Origin: Alphaproteobacteria bacterium
Lineage (GTDB): Bacteria; Pseudomonadota; Alphaproteobacteria; Rhizobiales; BM303
Assembly: GCA_024275895.1 (NCBI GenBank)
Contig: JAJRYE010000035.1
Coordinates: 4,667-68,666, forward strand
Length of the DNA stretch: 64,000 nt
Direction of reading: 5' to 3'
The first letter of the stretch is position 1, and the number at the start of each line of letters is the position of its first letter. The notes under the pieces were generated by a model. The model was not told where the DNA came from. It made no database searches and saw nothing but the letters and a program-made list of their open reading frames with translations. This document shows, one piece after another, positions 35,838 through 43,725 of this stretch. The translations under genes were made by a program, and so were the position numbers.

Positions 35838-36713
35838 TCAGGCAAATTTACGTTTTTCCATCAGGTTATGGATAATCGGCGTCAGGATCAGCTCCATCGC
35901 CAGCCCCATCTTGCCACCGGGAATAACCAGCGTATTGCGTCGCGACATGAAGCTGTCATGGATCATGGCGAGCAGATAGGGGAAGTTGATGTTAAATTTT
36001 GCCGGATCGGAAAAACGGATGATAATGTTGCTCTCATCCGCGGTCGGAATGTCGCGGGCGATGAACGGGTTCGAGGTGTCCACGGTGGGAACGCGCTGGA
36101 AGTTGATGTCGGTGCGGGAGAATTGCGGCGTGATATAGTGGATATAATCATACATCCGGCGCAGGATCGTATCGACGATGACATCGGCTTCATAGCCGCG
36201 CTGGGCGTTGTCGCGGTGAATTTTTTGAATCCATTCCAGATTGACGATAGGCACGACGCCGATCAGCAGATCAACATATTGCGCAACGTTGCAATTATCG
36301 TGTTTGGCGCCACCGTGTAGACCCTCGTAAAACAGCAGATCGGTGCCACGCGGCAATTCCTCCCAGGGGGTGAACTCACCGGGTTTCTGGCCATAGGGTT
36401 CGGCCTCTTCTTCTGAATGAAGATAAAACCGCCGCATGCCCGAGCCGGTTTCGCCATAGGTCTGAAAGAGCCTTTCAATCTCTTCAAACACATTGCCTTC
36501 AGGGCCGAAATGGCTGATATTCTTTCCTTCCTTGCGGGCTTTTTCGACCGCCGCCTTCATGCCGGCGCGATCGTAGCGGTGGTAGCTGTCGCCCTCGACA
36601 ACAGCGGCGAGGACCTTTTCACGCTGGAAAATATGTGTGAATGCTTCCTTGACCGTAGTAGTTCCCGCGCCTGAGGAGCCCGTGACGGCAATGACCGGAT
36701 GCTTAATGGACAT
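35838..36713 (-). CDS. prk: phosphoribulokinase, class I (proteobacterial CbbP/PrkB type)
   Basis: 291 aa. MSIKHPVIAVTGSSGAGTTTV, EGDSYHRYDR and LFYEGLHG follow the canonical bacterial PRK pattern. Confidence 0.9.
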   Translation of the reverse strand: MSIKHPVIAVTGSSGAGTTTVKEAFTHIFQREKVLAAVVEGDSYHRYDRAGMKAAVEKARKEGKNISHFGPEGNVFEEIERLFQTYGETGSGMRRFYLHSEEEAEPYGQKPGEFTPWEELPRGTDLLFYEGLHGGAKHDNCNVAQYVDLLIGVVPIVNLEWIQKIHRDNAQRGYEADVIVDTILRRMYDYIHYITPQFSRTDINFQRVPTVDTSNPFIARDIPTADESNIIIRFSDPAKFNINFPYLLAMIHDSFMSRRNTLVIPGGKMGLAMELILTPIIHNLMEKRKFA

Positions 36714-36987
36714 GGTGGTTTCCCTTCCCTGATATCATTGGTGCCCGCGCCCCCCGCGCGTGTTCCTGGTATTTTTATGTTTGGGCTCTCATAGAACGAA
36801 AGTCGAGTGTGATGCAAGGTTGTTGCGCCGAAAGTTTTACAAATAAACTGCGGCAAATGCACCTGCGGGCTTCACATCCGGGTCGGGGAAGTGCTATAGG
36901 CAAGGCAAAAACAGGGCAAACGGTTAGCCTGAACCAGCAGGTTATCAGGGCCAGTGCAACGGATATCGGATCAGGGGAAATCAGATC

Positions 36988-38244
36988 ATGACAAAAAATG
37001 CTTTTTATGCCCAATCGGGCGGGGTGACCGCAGTGATTAACGCCTCGGCTTGCGGGGTTATTGAAACCGCGCGCCGCCACCTCGATAAAATCGGCAAGGT
37101 TTATGCGGGCCGTAACGGCATCATCGGTGCGCTGACTGAAGATTTGATTGATACCAGCCAGGAATCGCCAGAAGCGATCGCGGCGCTGCGCTATACGCCA
37201 TCGGGCGCTTTTGGATCGTGCCGTTTCAAGCTGAAAAGCCTTGAGGACAACCGGCGTGAATATGAGCGGCTGATTGAAGTTTTCAAGGCGCATGACATCG
37301 GCTATTTCTTCTATAACGGCGGCGGCGATTCGGCCGATACCTGCTACAAAGTATCGCAGCTCTCCGAAACCATGGGCTATCCGGTTCAGGCCATTCACGT
37401 CCCCAAGACCGTCGATAACGATCTGCCGATCACCGATAACTGCCCCGGTTTCGGCTCGGTGGCCAAATACATCGCTATTTCCACCCGCGAGGCGAGCTAC
37501 GATGTGCGCTCGATGGCCAAAACCTCCACCAAGATTTTTGTTATCGAGGTTATGGGCCGCCATGCCGGCTGGATCGCGGCGGCCGGCGGGCTGGCGGCGG
37601 ATGCGCAAAACGATATTCCGGTGGTGATCCTTTTCCCCGAGATCGAGTTTGATCAGGACAGGTTCATGGCGCGGGTAAAAGCCAATGTGGAAAAATACGA
37701 TTATTGCTCCGTAGTGGTGTCTGAAGGAGCGCATTGGCCTGATGGCAAATTTCTTGCCGAACAGGGCACGCGCGATGCTTTCGGCCATGCCCAGCTTGGC
37801 GGCGCGGCTCCGGTTGTCGCCAATATGATCAAGGATGCTCTGGGCTATAAATTTCACTGGGCGGTGGCTGATTACATGCAGCGCGCAGCGCGTCATATAG
37901 CGTCAAAGACCGATGTTGATCAGGCTTACGCCATGGGCAAGGCCGGGGTCGAGATGGCGCTGGCGGGCGAAAACTCCATTATGCCGGCGATCATCCGCAC
38001 ATCCAATTCGCCCTATGCCTGGGAGGTGGGCAAGGCGCCGCTTTCGGAAGTGGCCAATGTTGAAAAAATGATGCCGGCCGAGTATATTTCCGAAGACGGC
38101 TTTGGCATTTCGGACGCCTGCCGTGAATATCTCGTGCCGCTCATTCAGGGCGAGGACTACCCGCCTTATGAGAACGGCATGCCCAAATATGTCACGCTCA
38201 AAAATGCGCCCGTGGCACGTAAACTGGCAGATTTCAAGCTTTGA
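36988..38244 (+). CDS. pfp: 6-phosphofructokinase, probably pyrophosphate-dependent (PFP, ~420-aa short type)
   Basis: FYAQSGGVTAVINAS, GGDDS-like GGGDSADT, PKTVDNDL and MGRHAGW. The sequence around the nucleotide-specificity site and the overall length resemble PPi-PFKs, but donor specificity cannot be proven from sequence alone. Confidence 0.8.
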   Translation: MTKNAFYAQSGGVTAVINASACGVIETARRHLDKIGKVYAGRNGIIGALTEDLIDTSQESPEAIAALRYTPSGAFGSCRFKLKSLEDNRREYERLIEVFKAHDIGYFFYNGGGDSADTCYKVSQLSETMGYPVQAIHVPKTVDNDLPITDNCPGFGSVAKYIAISTREASYDVRSMAKTSTKIFVIEVMGRHAGWIAAAGGLAADAQNDIPVVILFPEIEFDQDRFMARVKANVEKYDYCSVVVSEGAHWPDGKFLAEQGTRDAFGHAQLGGAAPVVANMIKDALGYKFHWAVADYMQRAARHIASKTDVDQAYAMGKAGVEMALAGENSIMPAIIRTSNSPYAWEVGKAPLSEVANVEKMMPAEYISEDGFGISDACREYLVPLIQGEDYPPYENGMPKYVTLKNAPVARKLADFKL

Positions 38245-38257
38245 GACGCGGGAGGCT

Positions 38258-38914
38258 TCAATATCCGCCCGGCGGCGCGAGGTGGCGGGCGATGGCTTCG
38301 GCGCGGTTGCGCACGCTGAGTTTCGAATAGAGATTGCGCAGGTGAAATTTTACCGTGTTGAGCGAGACCCCCATATTGCGGGCGATCTCGTTGTTGGTGC
38401 TGCCATTGCTGAGCAAGCCCAAAAGCTCGCTTTCGCGCGGGGTGAGATTTTCCATTTCGCCGCCGGCGGAAATGTCGTTTTGCAACTGTCCCATGAAGGG
38501 GAAGATCATCTGGCCGCGGGCGACGTTTTCTATAACATCGAGAAGATATTCAGGCGAATCGGTCTTTGAACAAAACCCCGCCCCGCCCAGTTTGATCACC
38601 TCGCGCGGCACGGCGGGGGAAAGATCGCCGGTATAAACAATGATACGCGGCGCGTTTTCCTTTTCCGCCAGACGTTTGAGCACGGTGCGCCCATCGCAGT
38701 AAGGCATGGCCCAGCCGATGACGGCGACGTCAAACCGTACCCGGCCCAGCGCTTCCAGAAAACGCTCGCCATCGGTGGCCGAAACCGCCAGATTAAAGCG
38801 TTCATCCGCCACCAGCATCGATTTAAGCGCCCGCAAGATCAGCGGAGCCTTGTCCACGATGGCAACCTCGACGGGCAAGGTTGATGTTTTACGATGCTGC
38901 GTCTGGAATGGCAC
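38258..38914 (-). CDS. LuxR/NarL-family response regulator with degenerate (pseudo-)receiver domain
   Basis: C-terminal HTH (LTPRESELLGLLSNGSTNNEIARNMGVSLNTVKFHLRNLYSKL). The receiver fold is present, but the acidic pair is DK and the phospho-acceptor position reads VIGWAMP rather than the canonical LLDLxMP. Confidence 0.85.
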   Translation of the reverse strand: MPFQTQHRKTSTLPVEVAIVDKAPLILRALKSMLVADERFNLAVSATDGERFLEALGRVRFDVAVIGWAMPYCDGRTVLKRLAEKENAPRIIVYTGDLSPAVPREVIKLGGAGFCSKTDSPEYLLDVIENVARGQMIFPFMGQLQNDISAGGEMENLTPRESELLGLLSNGSTNNEIARNMGVSLNTVKFHLRNLYSKLSVRNRAEAIARHLAPPGGY

Positions 38915-38938
38915 GTTTGAGAGGTTCTCCTGATTGCC

Positions 38939-39718
38939 CTACATGGCGGCGTTAAACCGGCCGCCATCTATCAACAGGCTTTGACCGACGATGTAACCGG
39001 CCTGGGCGGAGCATAAAAAGGCGCAGGCCTCGCCAAATTCACGCGGATCGCCAAGGCGTCTTGACGGAATGGTCGCATTTCTTTTTTCGGCCACGTCTTC
39101 AATCGGGATATTTCCCAGTTTCGCCGTGGCCTCGGTGCTGGCGCGGATACGGTCGGTGTCGAAAAATCCGGGCTGGATGTGGTTGATGGTGACATTATGA
39201 TGCGCCACCGAACGGGCGATCCCGGCAAGAAAGGCCGTAAGCCCGGCGCGTGCGCCGCTGGAAAGGTCAAGACCAAGCACCGGCATTCTTACCGATATGG
39301 AGGTAATATCGACGATGCGGCCGAATTTGCGTTCGATCATGCCGTCAATGACCTGCTGGATCAGCTCAATGGGGGAAATCATGTTCATGACCACCCCTTG
39401 CAGCATATCTTCACGGCTCAGCTCGCGAAAATCACGAAAAGGCGGGCCGCCATTATTGTTGACCAGAATATCAGGCTCCGTACAGGCGGCGAGCAGCGCC
39501 TTTTGTCCCTCATATGTGCTCACATCGGCGGCAACCGGGGTTACTTTAACGCCGGTCTGACCGGCAATTTCCTGCGCGGTGCGGGCAAGAGTGTTTTCAT
39601 CGCGCCCGTTAATGGTGACATTGACCCCGGCCTGCGCCAGAGACATGGCGCAGGCGCGGCCCAGACCGCGGCTTGAGGCGCAGATGATGGCGGATTTGCC
39701 CTTGATCCCTAAATCCAT
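38939..39718 (-). CDS. SDR family oxidoreductase
   Basis: Rossmann motif ICASSRGLG (TGxxxGxG-like), NNGG, and an S...Y(absent)/K-type catalytic region. 259 aa, classical SDR length. Confidence 0.8.
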   Translation of the reverse strand: MDLGIKGKSAIICASSRGLGRACAMSLAQAGVNVTINGRDENTLARTAQEIAGQTGVKVTPVAADVSTYEGQKALLAACTEPDILVNNNGGPPFRDFRELSREDMLQGVVMNMISPIELIQQVIDGMIERKFGRIVDITSISVRMPVLGLDLSSGARAGLTAFLAGIARSVAHHNVTINHIQPGFFDTDRIRASTEATAKLGNIPIEDVAEKRNATIPSRRLGDPREFGEACAFLCSAQAGYIVGQSLLIDGGRFNAAM

Positions 39719-39753
39719 GCGATGATTCCTCCTGTTGCTTTAATCCGAGCTTA

Positions 39754-40583
39754 TCATACCTTGAGTTTTTTCAACCTGTTTTCGATATCGGCAAGATATG
39801 ATACGCCGCAGAGCAGGACATGGACCAGCAGGGGGTACAGCAGATAAATATCACGGCGAAGGGCAAAGAAGCCTTCAGAATCAAAATCGGTCAATGCGCT
39901 GTATTCCCTGAAAAAATCGGGTCCGAAACTGCCAAACATGGTCAGATAGGCCAATTCGATCTCCGGATGGGCAAAGTAGATTGCCGGATCGATCAGGGCC
40001 TGAATATTTTTTTACCAAGAAGCACATTGCCCGACCAGATATCGCCGTGAATCAGGGCCGGGTGCGCAGGTTCGGTCAACATGTCCTCCAGGCGTGTGCC
40101 CAGCTCCTCCAGCCGGGCCAGAAGGGGGGCAGGGAGCCGGCCGCGCTCATGGGCGAAACGGGCCAGAAACAATAGCCGGTTATCGCGGAAGAACGGGATC
40201 CATTTACCGGTTTTGCCGTTGGGTTGCGGCAGGATGCCGATCACGGTATCGCGCTCAAAACCAAAACAGGGCCGCGGGACGGCGTGCAACCCGCTCAGCA
40301 ATTGCGCCATATGGCGCTGGTGTGAGGGGGTGATCATGGAGCCGGTGTGTTCAATCCACTCCATGGCCAGCATATCGGTATCCGAATATACAACCTCGGG
40401 TACAGGCAGGCGGCTTAGGGCTTTGAGCCGGCGCAGCATATAGCTTTCCGTATCAAGCTGCTCCGGGATGGGGGCTGCTCCTGCCTTTACCGCCAGTTGA
40501 CGGCCATCGCTCAAGATCAGATGATAGCCTTTTAAACCGTAGCCCACAGGCAGCGGCGAGTGCCGCGTGATGCTTGCGCCCAA
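39754..40583 (-). pseudogene. fructosamine/ketosamine kinase family gene, frameshifted in an A7 tract
   Basis: The upstream frame ends ...LIHGDIWSGNVLLGKKIFRP*. The downstream frame continues (KN)IQALIDPAIYFAHPEIELAYLTMFGSF..., which is the expected family continuation. The frames switch inside T7 (40007-40013, A7 on the coding strand). No ATG or GTG start lies between the upstream stop (40674) and the TTG at 40583. Confidence 0.75.
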
Positions 40584-40673
40584 AGCCTGTTCGAGGCGGG
40601 TGAAGATCGTGCTTTGTGCAATAATGGGAATGCCCCTTGCCTTTTGCCGCTCCGGGCGGTCTTGCAGCGCTCT

Positions 40674-41189
40674 TTATTCGACCAGCTTTTTTCCCGCGAT
40701 TTGTTTGCGCCGTTCGGGGCCGCGATAATTCGCCGAATTCTGGCGCCGCCTTTCAGGGCCGAAATAATTGGGGGCACGGACAAAATCCCTTGGTTTTTCA
40801 ACGCAGGAAATGAGGCAGAGATAGAGGTTCTTGGCCGATATCGGTTTGCCGAGAAATTCCGTTATTCCCGAATCGCGGGCCTCGATAATGATTTTCTTGC
40901 TCGTATAGGCCGAGAGCATAATGATCGGAACATAAGGGTTTGTACTGTCCTTGGCACCGCGCACAAGCTGGACAAACTCGATGCCGTCAAGGGTGGGTAG
41001 TTTGTAATCAACGATAATCACGTCAATCTGCGTTGTACGGAAAATTTCAAAAGCCTCGGCCGGGTCGGCAACATCATGGATACGGTGGATGCCAAATCCC
41101 CGGAGCACAGTTCTGATGATCTGCCGCATATGTTGGCTGTCTTCAATGATAAGAATAGTCAAGTTCGAGAGGTTGTAAGTTTTCGCCAT
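40674..41189 (-). CDS. single-domain (CheY-like) response regulator with basic C-terminal extension
   Basis: ATG at 41189. Canonical receiver residues (IIEDS, IIVDYKLP, MLSAY, GKP). The tail has a duplicated GPERR(R/K)Q motif. Confidence 0.85.
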   Translation of the reverse strand: MAKTYNLSNLTILIIEDSQHMRQIIRTVLRGFGIHRIHDVADPAEAFEIFRTTQIDVIIVDYKLPTLDGIEFVQLVRGAKDSTNPYVPIIMLSAYTSKKIIIEARDSGITEFLGKPISAKNLYLCLISCVEKPRDFVRAPNYFGPERRRQNSANYRGPERRKQIAGKKLVE

Positions 41190-41416
41190 TATTCCAACGC
41201 CTGTTATTTTACGCAACTACAAGTAGCGGGCAATATACCTTAGATGCTTTAAAGCCTGTATAGCCAATATAAATCTGGTTCAACCTGATTTGTCTGTTTG
41301 CACCTGCCAGCCTGAGCGAATCGATTTCATTTATACCATATGACTCATGTAACCTTGCAAGGACACTTTTAATATGTCAGTGTTATTTACCTTATCTCTC
41401 CTTCAAGGTTTGCCGC

Positions 41417-42010
41417 ATGTCCGATTTTTTCTGGCCCTTCACCAGCCTGGCCATTGCCGCCTCGTTCACGCCGGGGCCGAACAATATCATGATCGCGGCC
41501 TCAGGGGCCAATTTCGGCTATCTGCGCTCGGTGCCGCATATGCTCGGGGTAACCTTTGGCTTTCCGGTCATGCTGGTTGCCCTGGCTTTCGGGCTGGGTG
41601 AAGTGTTTCACAACTGGCCGGTCATTCATGATGTGCTGCGCTATCTTGGCGGTGCATTTTTGCTCTATATGGCATGGCGGATTGCCGTTTCCGGGCGGGC
41701 GCAAGTCAAACAGCGCAGTGAGCCATTGACGTTTTTGCAGGCATCGGCATTTCAGTGGATTAATCCCAAGGGGGTTTTGTTCGCCATTTCCGTGATTGCG
41801 ACGTTTACTGCCGATGCGGCGAATTTCCAGCAGCGTATAATGGCAATGGCGCTCATCACCTGGTTCACGGCTTTTGCCTCGATCAATACCTGGTGCATAT
41901 TCGGTATCGGCATCAGGCAGGTTTTGCGCTCCGATATGCATCTGCGCATTTTCAACATCACCATGGCCTTGCTGCTGGCCGGTTCTGTAGTATATTTGTT
42001 TCTTTTGTAA
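41417..42010 (+). CDS. LysE family amino-acid exporter
   Basis: 197 aa, six TM. The N-terminal FTPGPNN motif is typical of LysE/RhtB translocators. Confidence 0.85.
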   Translation: MSDFFWPFTSLAIAASFTPGPNNIMIAASGANFGYLRSVPHMLGVTFGFPVMLVALAFGLGEVFHNWPVIHDVLRYLGGAFLLYMAWRIAVSGRAQVKQRSEPLTFLQASAFQWINPKGVLFAISVIATFTADAANFQQRIMAMALITWFTAFASINTWCIFGIGIRQVLRSDMHLRIFNITMALLLAGSVVYLFLL

Positions 42011-42028
42011 TGCTGAGGGGCGCAACAG

Positions 42029-42859
42029 ATGAATATTGCTGACAAATTTGATATTGAAGCGCGCGAGCTGCCTCCTGAAATCGCTGCTGCGGCCTTTGCC
42101 AGCGGCGGTTATCCTTACCCGTCAAAGCTCAAGACCAAAAAATACCTCAAACAGTTGCGCCAACTCCAGATTGAACTCATAAAAGTGCAAAGCTGGGCCC
42201 AGCAAAGCGGCGCGCGCATTGTTGTTGTGTTTGAAGGGCGCGATTCAGCCGGCAAGGGCGGCACCATCAAGCGTTTCATGGAACATATGAACCCGCGTCA
42301 CGCCAGGGTGGTGGCGCTGCCCAAACCCAATGACCGGGAGCGTGGCGAGTGGTATTTCCAGCGTTATGTGAAGCATCTGCCCACTTCCGGAGAGATCGTG
42401 ATCTATGACCGCTCATGGTATAACCGCGCCGGGGTCGAGCCGGTGATGGGCTTTTGCACCGATGCGCAGCGTGATGAATTTTTTGAAGAAGCGCCGGCCT
42501 TTGAAAATGCGCTGGTGCGTTCCGGTATCAGGGTGTTCAAATTCTGGCTTACTATCGGGCGCGAGGAACAGCTCAGGCGCCTGCATGCGCGCCGGCATGA
42601 CCCGCTCAAGCGCTGGAAACTCAGCCCGATTGATTTAAAAGCCATTCACAAATGGGATGATTATACCGCGGCGCGCAAATTGATGTTTGCCCGTACCGAT
42701 TTGCCAAACAGCCCGTGGACGGTTATTCGCACCAACGACAAAAGGCGCGGGCGGGTAAACGCCATGCGCGCCTTTCTCTCAAGGCTTCCCTATGAGGGAA
42801 AAGACGAGGCCGTGGCCTGCGCCCCGGACCGACTCATCACGGCACCGCTGGATGAGTAG
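42029..42859 (+). CDS. ppk2: polyphosphate kinase 2 (second paralogue)
   Basis: FEGRDSAGKGG Walker A, YFQRY and DRSWYNR. Same architecture as 11187-11984. Confidence 0.9.
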   Translation: MNIADKFDIEARELPPEIAAAAFASGGYPYPSKLKTKKYLKQLRQLQIELIKVQSWAQQSGARIVVVFEGRDSAGKGGTIKRFMEHMNPRHARVVALPKPNDRERGEWYFQRYVKHLPTSGEIVIYDRSWYNRAGVEPVMGFCTDAQRDEFFEEAPAFENALVRSGIRVFKFWLTIGREEQLRRLHARRHDPLKRWKLSPIDLKAIHKWDDYTAARKLMFARTDLPNSPWTVIRTNDKRRGRVNAMRAFLSRLPYEGKDEAVACAPDRLITAPLDE

Positions 42860-42957
42860 ATGAAACCGGCGCTCACGATTGATCATATCCGCGAGGCGGC
42901 CCGACGGAGTGCGGCTTATGCGTTGCCGGGTGATATTATAAACCCGGCACTGCCCTC

Positions 42958-43710
42958 ATGGGCATGATCGCGGGGCTGACTCCACTGGAACTTGTGATTT
43001 GCCTCATCGTGATCGCTTTGGCCGGCATTGTGCGCGGCTATAGCGGTTTTGGTTTTTCGGCTCTGGTTGTCATGTCTCTGGTTCTGATATTGCCGCCATC
43101 GGAAGTTGTCCCCATTGCCTTTATTCTCGAAATCGGCGCCTCGCTGGCCATGCTGCCGCAGGTCTGGCGCGAGGTGAAATGGGGCGTGGCGGGCTGGCTG
43201 TTTGCGGGCGCCGCGATCGGAAGCCCTATCGGGCTGCATTTTTTAGCCACAATCGACCCGGATCATATGAAGCTGATGATTGCAGGCGTTGTTCTGATCG
43301 CCTGTTTTTTGCTCATACGGGGCTATCGTTTCAAGGCTCCGGCGGGACCGCTCGGCAACGGGGCGACAGGGCTTTTATCCGGGCTGGTTAACGGAGTTGG
43401 CGCTGTTGGCGGCCTGCCGGTTGTGCTGTTGCTAGTTGCAGGGGCGGCCGAGGCGGCGGCACTGCGCGCCACGATCGTGGGCTATCTTTTCCTGTCCGAC
43501 ACCTATGCGCTGGCGATCTCGGGGACAAAGGATCTGGTGGATATGGTGCTGCTTCAACGGGCAGGATTGTTCGCCGCGCCTCTGGCGGCGGGGATTTATA
43601 TCGGCTCTCATTTCTTCTCACGTACCAACCCGGCGACCTTCCGGCGGATTATTCTGGCGATACTGATTGCTCTGGCGCTTGGCGGTATCGGCCAGGTTTT
43701 GTTTTTTTGA
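42958..43710 (+). CDS. TauE/SafE family sulfite/anion exporter
   Basis: 250 aa polytopic membrane protein with the duplicated 4-TM pattern and the GYSGFGFS motif. Confidence 0.8.
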   Translation: MGMIAGLTPLELVICLIVIALAGIVRGYSGFGFSALVVMSLVLILPPSEVVPIAFILEIGASLAMLPQVWREVKWGVAGWLFAGAAIGSPIGLHFLATIDPDHMKLMIAGVVLIACFLLIRGYRFKAPAGPLGNGATGLLSGLVNGVGAVGGLPVVLLLVAGAAEAAALRATIVGYLFLSDTYALAISGTKDLVDMVLLQRAGLFAAPLAAGIYIGSHFFSRTNPATFRRIILAILIALALGGIGQVLFF

Positions 43711-43725
43711 ACCCAGTTTTTTGGA

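Noticed and set aside
27725-36713. Calling the block a complete cbb (Calvin cycle) operon
   Set aside because: No RuBisCO large or small subunit, cbbR, cbbX or FBPase is present in the window, and tkt-gap-pgk-fba is also a housekeeping arrangement. It is reported only as a question, not as an autotrophy locus.
36775-37896. 373-aa minus-strand ORF
   Set aside because: It is antisense to the pfp gene (PKTVDNDL and MGRHAGW motifs on the plus strand). It has no recognisable domain or ribosome-binding site.
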